Positions 22,203 through 31,541 of a stretch of DNA of 64,000 nt are shown piece after piece. Positions within the stretch are counted from its first letter, which is position 1; the number at the start of each line of letters is the position of its first letter. The translations under genes were made by a program, and so were the position numbers. Origin of the DNA: a virus (lineage: Duplodnaviria; Caudoviricetes); the IMG/VR virus record IMGVR_UViG_3300005617_000232, positions 174 to 64,173 of that record, one strand, 5' to 3'. The notes below the pieces were generated by a model. The model did not search any database, was not told where the DNA came from, and saw only the letters and a program-made list of their open reading frames with translations.

Positions 22203-24494
22203 TTACTTCGTGGCAGCGATGGAGCGCGCGACCTTCGCGACGAACGGATCGCCCGCCGCGCCAAGCTCCACGAGCATGTCCACGTCCTGCTCGCTCAGGA
22301 GCACCTGGTCGGCACGCAGCGCCTCGGCGCGATCCTCGTCGTCGGGTGCGCTGAGGATGAGCGTCGAGATGTCGAGGCCGTCGGCAGCCGACGCCGCCAG
22401 CGCCAACTGCGATCGCTGCACCGCGTAGCCCGGGACATTCACCGCCAGGGCCGCCTGAAGCTCCAGCCGACCATCGACCGCACGCCAGTCGCCCGAGGGC
22501 GGGCACGCGCGGAAGTCGCGCACCTGCTCGTCGGTGGCGTCGGACTTGATCGCGCCGCAGACCCAGATGCCGAAGATGCCGTCCTTCGCGCGGCCGAACG
22601 CGACGCAGGTGCCGGTGTGGTCGTAGTGCTTGCGGGCAGCGGCGGCGTTCAGGTGCAGCGGCGCGTGGCCGGTACCGATGGTGAAGCGTCCGACCGGGAC
22701 CTCGGAGCCGTCGTCGCAGAGCATCGCTCCCAGGTGGAAGTGCATGTAGCCCGAGGGAGAGTGCGGCGCGAACATGCACGACGCGAACGCCCCGTTGGCG
22801 CGACCGGCGTGGCAGGTGTTCCAGAGCGCCAGGTGTCCGAAGAACTCCCCCGAGGGCAGGATCGTGATGGGCGTCGGCTCGTCGGCCTCCTCGCGGAAGA
22901 ACCACTCGCGCGGCGGTGCCACCGGAGCGGCGCTGGCGACGAGCGGCAGCGGCGCGACCGGAGCCTGCGCGTCGTGCCCGTGCCGGTCTACCTGGCGCAG
23001 CGCGTAGCCCGAGGCCACGAGCGCGTGGTCGCCCACGATGCGGATGGTCGTCTCCTCGAAGGCGGCGATCGAGGCCAGGCTGACCCCGCCGATCTTGCCG
23101 CCGATGCCATGCAGGTAGCCCTCGGGCACCATGCCCATGAGCGTCGCGAAGGGGTCGGCTCCCTCGAACACCACCTCGGGCGGCACCTCCTCGAACGTCG
23201 TGGCGTCGATGAACGCCTCGCGCTCCTTCGGTAGGTCGAGCGACACGCCGACGCCGTTCTCCAGTTCCTCCAGCGCAGCGCGGCCCTTCTCGTTCGCCGA
23301 GAAGCTCCCCTCGCCCCAGATCACGACGGCGCGCTCGGAGATGTCGTCCGGCAGTGAGAACCCCTCCTTCTCGAACTCGGAGACGGGAATCCACGTCAGC
23401 GAGTCGATGCGCCCGGACGTCTCCGTCTCGTGCTGCTTCTCGTGGCTCGACGCGAACGGAAGCGGAAGGTCGCGGTGGCTGATCTCACCGGGCAGCAGGT
23501 AGCGCCCGTCGCTCGTCGGGTGGCCCTCGATCGCGAGGATGCCCTCCCACGGCGTGCGCGCGGCCTCAGTGGCGGGCTGGGCCTGGTCCTCGTCGATGGT
23601 GATGGTGACGGCGGCAGTTGCGGCCTCGGGGTTCACGGCCTCCTCCTCGCGCTCGGACATGACGGCAGGGTAAGCGTCCGACAGGACGGCACTCGCGACT
23701 TCTGCCTCAACCTGATCCTCGGCACCGCCGCCCGAGTAGATGACCGTGCACCGGCAGTTGATCACTTCCTCGTCGGGCAGATCCGGGTCGCCGGGGTACA
23801 TCGCCGGGTAGCCGCCGACGTCGAAGAACTCGTTGAGCGGAACCTCCTGCCCGTCGGCGTCGGCGTGCGTATCGCGCGTGCGGTCGTCGCCCGTCGCGAG
23901 CCACACCTTCGTCACGTCCTCGCGTCCCTCGAACGCATCGGTCGCGATCCCCATGCTGGCTCCGTTCGCCAGGCCGATCAGATCGGTGCGCGCGAGCGCG
24001 GTCGCCCGGTAGGCAGCGACGGAGTCGACGGCCTCGGTGATGGCACCGGCGGTGCGTGGGATCGAGTAGCCCTCCAGCGCGGCCCGCTCGATGACGTCGC
24101 GGTAGACCTGCCGCAGGTCGGCCTCGGTGGCGAACGTGGCGTGCGCCCCGATCTTCTCCAGCAACTCGGCCGTGATGCGCGGCTTCACGTCGAACGCAAC
24201 CTCGTGCGCCTCGTAGGCCGCCACGAGGAGTTTCACCAGTTCGGCACGCTCGCGCTTGGTCAGCCGCTCGACCTGGTCGCCCAGTTCGCTCGGGATGACT
24301 TCGTCCTCGTCCGGCGGATGCACCGCAGCCGTCACTGCGTCGGGGGTGCCGTGGGAGTAGCGGCGCGTGCGGCGCGCCATCTTGCGACCGGCACCGCGCA
24401 GAAGGCGCTCGTAGGCGTCGGCCAGCGGCTGGATCGCCTCGTCGAGCGAGTCGATGACGGACGCCGTGATGCGGTTGAGTTGGTTCGGCGTCAT
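22203..24494 (-). CDS. MuF-like minor head protein fused to capsid maturation protease
   Basis: KVWLATGDDRTRDTH...YPGDP...EVINCRC (MuF), then EGHPTSDGR...GHLALW.TCH...SGDWR...LAVNVPGY (actinophage protease); ATGA overlap with the portal stop. Confidence 0.85.
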   Translation of the reverse strand: MTPNQLNRITASVIDSLDEAIQPLADAYERLLRGAGRKMARRTRRYSHGTPDAVTAAVHPPDEDEVIPSELGDQVERLTKRERAELVKLLVAAYEAHEVAFDVKPRITAELLEKIGAHATFATEADLRQVYRDVIERAALEGYSIPRTAGAITEAVDSVAAYRATALARTDLIGLANGASMGIATDAFEGREDVTKVWLATGDDRTRDTHADADGQEVPLNEFFDVGGYPAMYPGDPDLPDEEVINCRCTVIYSGGGAEDQVEAEVASAVLSDAYPAVMSEREEEAVNPEAATAAVTITIDEDQAQPATEAARTPWEGILAIEGHPTSDGRYLLPGEISHRDLPLPFASSHEKQHETETSGRIDSLTWIPVSEFEKEGFSLPDDISERAVVIWGEGSFSANEKGRAALEELENGVGVSLDLPKEREAFIDATTFEEVPPEVVFEGADPFATLMGMVPEGYLHGIGGKIGGVSLASIAAFEETTIRIVGDHALVASGYALRQVDRHGHDAQAPVAPLPLVASAAPVAPPREWFFREEADEPTPITILPSGEFFGHLALWNTCHAGRANGAFASCMFAPHSPSGYMHFHLGAMLCDDGSEVPVGRFTIGTGHAPLHLNAAAARKHYDHTGTCVAFGRAKDGIFGIWVCGAIKSDATDEQVRDFRACPPSGDWRAVDGRLELQAALAVNVPGYAVQRSQLALAASAADGLDISTLILSAPDDEDRAEALRADQVLLSEQDVDMLVELGAAGDPFVAKVARSIAATK

Positions 24495-26374
24495 CCCGCC
24501 GCGCCTGAGAGTGCCTTCACCCGCCCCAGGAAGCCCGCTGGGAGGTCGGGTGACACCTCGTAGATGGTGGAGATGACATGCAGTTCGAGGACCTCGGCGA
24601 GCGCCTGAGCTTGCGTGGTCGAGACGCCCATGCGCACGGCGACGTCCACGAACTCGCGTCCGCCGTCCATCGCCAACGCCATGAGGTCGTCCGGCCCGTG
24701 CTCCATGACCACCGCTGGACCGAGCGCGGCGGCCACCTCTGCGAAGGGCGTGCCCTTCACCGCATCGACGCAGTCCGGGCATCGTCCCGCCAGGTGCGCG
24801 CGCAGGCGCGCTCCGACGCGCGAGCGGATCTGCCCGAGCGTGGCCTCTGCGGCTCCGATGAGCCGGTAGGTCGACTCCATGCCCGAGGGCACCGGCGGCG
24901 CGTTGCGCGTCGTGTCCTCGCCGGTCGGCGGGCCTCCGTTGCCGTTGCCGCCACCGGCGGGCTTGGTTGGCACCGGCGGCACCGGCGTGATGGCGGGGGG
25001 CGGCTGCTTCTCCACGAGCGCCCCGCCCTCGACCTCGACCTGCTGGTGCGTCGCCATGAACAGACGCCGGGCCATCTCGTCATCGTCCTTGATCCTGTCG
25101 TCCTCGGTCGCGTTGCCCTCGGCACGCAGGTACTCGTCGCTGACCGCGAGCGCCTCGTGCAACTTCAGCGCGTCGGCGAAGCCGTCCGGGTTCGTGAGGA
25201 TCTCGGCCGGGTCGTAGCCGACCGTGACCGACTTCCAGTCAGCGCGGCCTGCGGCCTTCGCTGCCGGGCGCAGGTAACTCGACGCGAGATTGTCGGCGAG
25301 CGACTGCGCCACCGGGTCGATGTGCGACCAGGCGTCCTCGTCGATCATCCAGGCGTTCCAGTGTTGCGTGCCCGAGGTTGAGAGGCCCATCACCTTCTCG
25401 GGCGGCATGTCGACGCCGACCGCGAAGCGCTGGAGCGCCTTCTCGCGAAGCTCCAACTCGCGGATGACTTCGTCCGGGTTCCAGATCTTGATCAGGCTCC
25501 ACAGGTCGTCCATGCGCCGCCCGTCGGGCGGGTCAGGGATGCGGATGACGATCGGCGCGACCGACTCCGCTGAGCCGGGCTTGCCGATGGCCGTGATCAT
25601 GGCCTGCGTGAGGCGGGACTGGAACGGGTCCTCCTCCGGGTTCTCCTCACCGACCACCTGCTGGAGCGGCTTCATCGACCACGAACGCGGGATCGCCAGG
25701 ATGCCGGGGCCGGACAGCCGCGAGATCAGACGCGCGTTGATCGAGTGCGTGGCACGGACGATCTCCTCGCACTCGGCGAGCACGGAGCGCATGGGGGCGT
25801 CGGCCATGAGCGTGTAGGCCGGGTGGGGCCGCCACCAGCGGTACACCTGCACGCCGTCGCCTACCGGGTCGAACTCGTCGTCCGGGGCCTCCAGAAGCTC
25901 CTGCGGCGTCATGCCGGGGGTGCGGCGGCGGTGCCACACGGTGTCCTCGCCGCGCTTGCCCTGCTGGCGCATCTCCAGGGTCGAGACGATCTCCCACGTT
26001 TCCTCGTCGTCGTAGTCGGGGTTCGACGCCGTCCACAGCAGCAACTCCTCGCCGCACAGGAAGTCAAGCTGGCCGTAGGTCGAGAACATGAGCGAGCGAC
26101 CGCCGCCGGGGTCCTGGATGCGGTCGAACAGCGCGATGAGTTCCGGGTCCTCGGACTCGGTCACCTCGCCGTTCTCATCGCGGGTCGCAGCGAACCAGCG
26201 GATCTTCGGAAGCGCGCGTGCCTGGAACTGGGCCGCGTAGCGCACGGCCCCTATCTGGTCGTAGTACGCGAGGGAATCACCCTGCCACTGCGGCGCGCGC
26301 GTGAGGCCGGTGGACTTGCCGCCACCGCCGGTCGCACGCGCGGCCGAGGCGGTGATCGCGCTCGGCACGCTCAT
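24491..26374 (-). CDS. portal protein
   Basis: About 627 aa between terminase region and MuF; YYDQIGAVRYA, WRPHP..ADAPMR, SRLSGPGIL, DMPPEKVMG..HWNAW motifs. Confidence 0.88.
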   Translation of the reverse strand: MSVPSAITASAARATGGGGKSTGLTRAPQWQGDSLAYYDQIGAVRYAAQFQARALPKIRWFAATRDENGEVTESEDPELIALFDRIQDPGGGRSLMFSTYGQLDFLCGEELLLWTASNPDYDDEETWEIVSTLEMRQQGKRGEDTVWHRRRTPGMTPQELLEAPDDEFDPVGDGVQVYRWWRPHPAYTLMADAPMRSVLAECEEIVRATHSINARLISRLSGPGILAIPRSWSMKPLQQVVGEENPEEDPFQSRLTQAMITAIGKPGSAESVAPIVIRIPDPPDGRRMDDLWSLIKIWNPDEVIRELELREKALQRFAVGVDMPPEKVMGLSTSGTQHWNAWMIDEDAWSHIDPVAQSLADNLASSYLRPAAKAAGRADWKSVTVGYDPAEILTNPDGFADALKLHEALAVSDEYLRAEGNATEDDRIKDDDEMARRLFMATHQQVEVEGGALVEKQPPPAITPVPPVPTKPAGGGNGNGGPPTGEDTTRNAPPVPSGMESTYRLIGAAEATLGQIRSRVGARLRAHLAGRCPDCVDAVKGTPFAEVAAALGPAVVMEHGPDDLMALAMDGGREFVDVAVRMGVSTTQAQALAEVLELHVISTIYEVSPDLPAGFLGRVKALSGAAG

Positions 26375-26418
26375 GGTGAGGCCCTGCGCCCTCCCGAGCC
26401 GCACCTGCCTGGTTGCCA

Positions 26419-26574
26419 CTAGGCCGCCTTGTCGTTCTGAGTCCGCGCCCTGGCGGCCTCGCGCTTGGCGGCACGCGCTTGCTCCTGCGCGACCCGTGCC
26501 TCGCGGATGCGCTCTGACCGGGCGATGCGCTCGGCCATGCGCTCCTCTCTCGACTTGCCACACCCGCAGGCCAT
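26419..26574 (-). CDS. small basic protein (MACGCGK)
   Basis: Strong SD GAGGAGGAGG; N-terminal CxC. Confidence 0.6.
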   Translation of the reverse strand: MACGCGKSREERMAERIARSERIREARVAQEQARAAKREAARARTQNDKAA

Positions 26575-26629
26575 CGGCCTCCTCCTCGCTCGCTTGCGCG
26601 GGAGGATAGTTGGCGCAGGTGACGGCTGG

Positions 26630-26935
26630 CTACTCCTCCAGCTTGTCGATGCCGACGCCGAGGTAGCCGACGGCGGCTCCGAGCGCCACCACACCGGCGG
26701 CCACGAGCGTCGCGTGCGACCACAACTGCCACGCGCCCCACCAGGCCAGGACGATGTACGTGCCAGCGCACCAGGGGCAGGTGATGAGGTACTCGGCCTT
26801 CGTGCCCCAGTTCTCCCCGAGGCGGGCGAGCACGTAGTCGCGGGGCCGGTCGAGGATGGCGTCGTCGCCGATGAGCTTCCAGATGCGGAAGGACGCGAGC
26901 GCCAGCAGCGCGAACTCCCAGGGTTCGGGGATCAC
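26630..26935 (-). CDS. DUF1360-like membrane protein
   Basis: LASFRIWKLIGDD.I....R...LITCPWC motif plus transmembrane segments. Confidence 0.75.
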   Translation of the reverse strand: MIPEPWEFALLALASFRIWKLIGDDAILDRPRDYVLARLGENWGTKAEYLITCPWCAGTYIVLAWWGAWQLWSHATLVAAGVVALGAAVGYLGVGIDKLEE

Positions 26936-27640
26936 TCCTCCTCCGATTCCTCGCGCTGGGCCGCCTGCTCGTCTGCGCCGTCGTGCAGACCGCGCACCAT
27001 CGAGTAGGTGATCTTCTGGAACTGGCGGCCTTTGACGTATGCCTCGTCCGCGTCGGCTACGTCCAGTTCAGCCGAGAACACGTAGCGGGCACCCTGCTCG
27101 CCTTCGGAGCCGACCTCCGTGAGTTTGATCTTCACCAGCCGAAGAACCTGATCTTCACCCAGGCCACCAGGAGCGGCACCGCGACGAAGAAGCCCGAGAG
27201 GCCGACCAGCGTGCGCATCAGGACTTCGTCCCGGGCGGGAGCACGATGCGGCTGTTAGGTATCGCGATCGGCGACCGCGCGTCCGGGTGCTTCTCCCAGG
27301 GCGGCGGCAGGTCGGAGAGCGACATGCCCTCGCCGATGATGGCCGCGCCGCCGGGGAGGATGCCCTGCTGCATGACGCCTTGCAGGAGCGTGCCGAGCAC
27401 CTTGTGGCAGGTCTCCATCATGGCCGACTGCTCCTCGGTCACGTCCTCGGGGTCGGTGCCCGGCCACACGAACGACTCCTTCGGGACGGTCAGCACCACG
27501 ATGTCGCCGCGCTTCGGGGTCACGGTCGCGATCCAGTCGAGGATCATCTTCGTCATCCGCTCCTCGTGCGCTCGCTGCTTCTCCTTCGCTTCCTCGGCGG
27601 CGGCGCGCAGGTCGCGCTTCTTCTCCTGGGCCTGGCTCAC
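26932..27640 (-). CDS. three small hypothetical genes (26932-27135, 27132-27221, 27218-27640)
   Basis: Chained by NTGA overlaps; the first is leaderless (TAGCAT-7-GTG). Confidence 0.55.
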
Positions 27641-28380
27641 GGGCGGGATGCTAGCGCCGCCAGCGGGTCGGGGATAGAGGGCGGCCACGGCTTCCAGTCG
27701 AGCGTGACGTCCTCGTCGGGGTCGAGCAGCGACTGGAGGTGGGCGTTCGCATGGAAGCGCCCTCCATCGTGCTCGTAGTACCGGTCGGCCCGGGCCTGGC
27801 GCTCAGCCACGCGCGTCCATCCGAAGTGGTAGACGCCGACGCCGGTGTCGAAGCCGCGCTGCCCGCGAACGCGCTGAGGCTCACGGCCGCACGCGAGCTT
27901 CTTGTGGGGGATGCGCCAACTCGAACCGGTCAGCTTCGCAGGGGCCTGCCACAGGATCGGGCAGCGACGGTCGCCCCACTGGCCGTCCACGCGCAGGCCC
28001 ACGCGCTCGCCGTCGACCTTCCAGACCTCGCGCATCCACAGCGAGTAGACCGGGGCCTGGTTCACGGTCAGGCTGCCGCGCAGAGCCACCGTGTCGCCGA
28101 TGAACTCGTCGGCGTCTATCGAGAGCACGTAGGTCGGCTGCCCCGAGATCGTCCACGCGAGCAGCCGGTTGCGCGCGACGGACTCGTCCTCGAAGAACGG
28201 CGGGCCGTCGTTGCGCTCGACGTGCACGTCCTCGAACTCGGCGGCGACATCCCAGGTGGCATCGGTCGAGTAGTCGTCGAGCAGGCGCACCTCGTCGCAG
28301 AACGTGAGCAGGTGGTGCAGCCAGGGTTCGAGGTAGCGGTCGGCCTCGTTGTGCACGATCGCGGACGCGATGAGCTTCAC
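27637..28380 (-). CDS. glycosyltransferase family 2-like
   Basis: IVHNEA, LLDDYSTD, ARNRLL, SIDADEF, YHFGW motifs. Confidence 0.88.
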   Translation of the reverse strand: MKLIASAIVHNEADRYLEPWLHHLLTFCDEVRLLDDYSTDATWDVAAEFEDVHVERNDGPPFFEDESVARNRLLAWTISGQPTYVLSIDADEFIGDTVALRGSLTVNQAPVYSLWMREVWKVDGERVGLRVDGQWGDRRCPILWQAPAKLTGSSWRIPHKKLACGREPQRVRGQRGFDTGVGVYHFGWTRVAERQARADRYYEHDGGRFHANAHLQSLLDPDEDVTLDWKPWPPSIPDPLAALASRP

Positions 28381-28550
28381 GCCGAATCCAGCCACTGGTC
28401 GAGCAGCGCCTGCGGGTCCTCGCTCTCGCAGAGCGTCACGGTGTCCACGATGGTCTGACGGATCTCGTCGCGGTAGGGACGGCCGGGGTCGTCGTCCAGG
28501 AAGCCGTCGCGGCACTGGATGTGCAGGGTGGCGAGCCTCATCACCATCAC
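28377..28550 (-). CDS. small hypothetical protein
   Basis: GTGA overlaps at both ends. Confidence 0.45.
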   Translation of the reverse strand: MMVMRLATLHIQCRDGFLDDDPGRPYRDEIRQTIVDTVTLCESEDPQALLDQWLDSA

Positions 28551-29311
28551 GTCGGTGAGGGACTCAATCTCTCGCGGCGTGAGGCCAGATCGGTCACGTC
28601 CTGCGGTAGCCATTCCCACCACCTCTCGAAGTCGTCGGGGTACGGGTCCCACGCGCGCGCCCATCCGGCCTCGACGTACTCGCGAGCGAGCGACGCCCAC
28701 GGCTCCGCGCCGATGCGGTCGAGTTGGACGTTGGGCAGGTCCGGCTTCAGCCAGCCCGCCTTCGCGTGGTAACGGTGCTGCCAGATGGTGAAGCCCGCGC
28801 GGCCGTTCTTGCCGAGCGAGAGCGGCACCGGCTTGCGCTGCGTGAACGCGCTCGCGCGCATGAGGCCGACGCCGCCGATGTGGCGCGCCGGGAGGATGGT
28901 GTAGCGGTTGCGCTTGAGGATGCCCTCGTAGCGGCCCGACCATCCCGCCTCCATGCCGACCAGTTCGTACTCGGGGTGGCGCTTGGCCGCCTCCAGGACG
29001 ATCTGCAACCAGCCGGGCGGCATGGCGATGTCGTTGTCGACCTTCACGAAGTAGTCCGCGTCCGAGAGCGCGATAAAGTCGTTCATGGTCGCGCCGGTCG
29101 AGTGCCAGCCGCCCTCGCGCAACTCGAAGGCCGGGACGGGAATGGGATGGTCGCCGTCGCGCAGGTACTCCAGGGTGCCGTCCTCGGAGCCGTCGTCGTA
29201 CACGACCAGGCGCGTGACGTACTCCCAGGCGGTGTTGCGCTTGAGCAGTTCGAAGGTGGCCTGCGTGAACTCCAGACGGTTCCACGCGCAGTAGAGGATC
29301 TCGACCTTCAC
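28547..29311 (-). CDS. glycosyltransferase family 2
   Basis: AWNR, VVYDDGSEDGT, FVKVDND (DxD), IGGVGL motifs. Confidence 0.9.
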   Translation of the reverse strand: MKVEILYCAWNRLEFTQATFELLKRNTAWEYVTRLVVYDDGSEDGTLEYLRDGDHPIPVPAFELREGGWHSTGATMNDFIALSDADYFVKVDNDIAMPPGWLQIVLEAAKRHPEYELVGMEAGWSGRYEGILKRNRYTILPARHIGGVGLMRASAFTQRKPVPLSLGKNGRAGFTIWQHRYHAKAGWLKPDLPNVQLDRIGAEPWASLAREYVEAGWARAWDPYPDDFERWWEWLPQDVTDLASRRERLSPSPT

Positions 29312-29716
29312 TGGAAGCACTTCTTGCACGCCCGGGAGAACCTGTCGGCCCTGCGGCGGGTCATCACGTCGAAGCGGCGCGGGGCCAGATACCTCGGCCA
29401 GTTCGGGAACCACCAGTGGCCGCAGGGGGTCTTCCACGACTCTGCATCCATGAACTCGATGCGGTGGTAGACGTCGCCGCGGTCGGAGAGGATGACCACC
29501 TTCACAGCGACCACCCCACCGGGCGCACCAGACGCACGTCCTCCATGCCGTCGGTGTCGCGACCGAGCCGCTCCTGCACGAAGATGCCCTCGGGGAGGTG
29601 CGCTTCCAGGCCGGGCATCATCGACAGGCGCAGGTACTCGTTCGGCCCCAGCGGCGTCCAGGCGGCCTGGAGAATCAGCGCGATGAACGACTGCACGCCG
29701 GTGTAGTCGACCTCAC
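29308..29716 (-). CDS. two small hypothetical genes (29308-~29514, 29502-29716)
   Basis: Overlapping stop/start chain. Confidence 0.45.
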
Positions 29717-30384
29717 CCACCGCGCACCTGCCCCACGAGTTCGAGCATCCGGGCGCGCTCGGCCTGGTGCTCGGGCTGCCGCCACATGCGGTCGTAGTGG
29801 TAGGAGTAGGGCAAGTTCTCCTTCGGCACGTCCACGAGCACGCGCGGCGTGAGCGCGGTGAACACGATGTCGCAGGTGCGCCGGAAGAACTCGCCGCTGG
29901 TTCCAAGCATCTCGTTCATGCCTCGCGCTCGCTCGTACTCGATGAACGCCCGCTGCGGCGCGTCCCGGTGGAACACCGCCCCGAAGCCGACGAGCGCGTG
30001 GTCGGTGTAGAAGTCGTGGCGGAACTCGGGCGGCATGTTGCAGACGACGTAGTGCTCGGCCGGTGGCGGCGGCGGATTCGGGTCTATGGTCGCCGCGCCC
30101 TGCAACTCCGCCCACGCCCGCACGAGCGCCTGCGGGTCGCTCACGATGCAGTCGTCGTCCTGCACGTAGATGAGGTCGGCATCGGTGTACTCGATGGCGG
30201 CGTAGCGGCCGTAGACGGACAGGTCGCTCACCCGCACGCTCGTGATGCGCCGCGCGTCGATCAGCACCTCGGCCCCGTTATCCCAGACGAGCACGTCCCA
30301 CTCCTCGGGCAGTGACGGCAGCACGCTCTCGCGCAGCGCGCCCCACTGGTCGCCGCGGGTGACGATGATGGCGGCGACGTTCAC
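29713..30384 (-). CDS. glycosyltransferase-like protein (GT-A)
   Basis: VLVWDN, YGRYAAI, IYVQDDDCIV, LVGFGAVF motifs. Confidence 0.75.
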   Translation of the reverse strand: MNVAAIIVTRGDQWGALRESVLPSLPEEWDVLVWDNGAEVLIDARRITSVRVSDLSVYGRYAAIEYTDADLIYVQDDDCIVSDPQALVRAWAELQGAATIDPNPPPPPAEHYVVCNMPPEFRHDFYTDHALVGFGAVFHRDAPQRAFIEYERARGMNEMLGTSGEFFRRTCDIVFTALTPRVLVDVPKENLPYSYHYDRMWRQPEHQAERARMLELVGQVRGG

Positions 30385-30421
30385 CGCCAGCGCCGCCGCG
30401 TTTCTACGTGCAATCGCTTGG

Positions 30422-30925
30422 TCAGTATCTCCATTGCTCCACGGGCACGTCCGCGATTCTCAGGCCCGTCTCGATGGCCCGGCGGCGTTCCCCCTGGCCG
30501 GTCGGGTGCCACTCCACCAAGAGCCGTGTGAGCCGTGCTGCCGCGCCCGTCTGGATGAGGTACTCCAGCAGGTCGTACTCCGCGCCCTCGGCGTCGAGTT
30601 TGAGGATGACCGGCCCCTCGGGCAACCCCTCGATGACGCGGGCGAGGTCGACGCAGCGCACGAGCGGCCAGTGCTCGGCGTCACCCACCTGCGAGTTGAG
30701 GCCGTCCTCCATGTAGCGCACTTCGCCGTCGTAGACCCAGGCGGCCTTGCGCTCGATGACCACGTTCGTCTTGAACTGCGCCAAAACGGCGGCACTCGGC
30801 ATCGCCTCTGACGCCTTCGGCGCGGGGTCGTAGCCGATGAGCACGTCGGGCCGGTACCACTCGATGAGCCGCTCGATGGAGTAGTCGCCGCCGTAGCGGG
30901 CGCAGCCCACGTCGATGACGATCAC
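30422..30925 (-). CDS. FkbM-family methyltransferase
   Basis: IDVGC, AAW..DG, VILKLDAEGAEY, LVEWH motifs. Confidence 0.85.
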   Translation of the reverse strand: MIVIDVGCARYGGDYSIERLIEWYRPDVLIGYDPAPKASEAMPSAAVLAQFKTNVVIERKAAWVYDGEVRYMEDGLNSQVGDAEHWPLVRCVDLARVIEGLPEGPVILKLDAEGAEYDLLEYLIQTGAAARLTRLLVEWHPTGQGERRRAIETGLRIADVPVEQWRY

Positions 30926-30993
30926 GACAGACTCGCCACCACGAGGAGCACGGCCACGACGGCCCAGAAGCCGAACCAGAGGGCGACCCTCAT
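30922..30993 (-). CDS. small hydrophobic peptide
   Basis: MRVALWFGFWAVVAVLLVVASLS; ATGA/GTGA overlaps. Confidence 0.45.
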   Translation of the reverse strand: MRVALWFGFWAVVAVLLVVASLS

Positions 30994-31541
30994 GCCCGTG
31001 CCACGCACCCATAGCCCAGCACGAACTCCTCGCCAGTCGCGCGCACGCGCTTCATCGGTGACGTCTCGAACTGCGGGTCCCACACCGAGCCGCGCGCCTG
31101 GTGCAGCACGATCTCGAACCCGGCCTCGGTGAGCAGCCGCTCCATGCCCGCCTTCGTGAAGCGGTGGAGGTCCTCGGCCTCGACCTCGGGCCAGTTGGTC
31201 GGGTAGGTCATCACGAGGTAGCCGCCGAGGTGCTGAAAGAGCCGAGGCATCCTGCTCAGTAGGCCGTCAGGGTGGTGGATGTACTGAAGCACTTGCGTGC
31301 AGAGAATCGTGTCGATGGGCGGGACACTCTCATCGGTGCCGCCATAGTCCACGCCTCCGACGTTCCCAGGGAAGCTCGCCCTGTCGAACCCGTGGTATTC
31401 GGCCCCGAAGCTCTCGACCAGCGACCGGTACGGCTGCTTCCCGCACCCGTAGTCGAGCACGCGGCCCTTCAGGTAGCCGAGCGTCCCGGCCTTCTCGACG
31501 AAGGCGCGGATGCTCTCACGCTCGTAGTCGCGGAGGTTCAC
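30990..31541 (-). CDS. class I SAM-dependent methyltransferase (glycan-cluster type)
   Basis: VLDYGCG.QPY, ILCTQVLQY, DLHRFT..G motifs. Confidence 0.85.
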   Translation of the reverse strand: MNLRDYERESIRAFVEKAGTLGYLKGRVLDYGCGKQPYRSLVESFGAEYHGFDRASFPGNVGGVDYGGTDESVPPIDTILCTQVLQYIHHPDGLLSRMPRLFQHLGGYLVMTYPTNWPEVEAEDLHRFTKAGMERLLTEAGFEIVLHQARGSVWDPQFETSPMKRVRATGEEFVLGYGCVARA

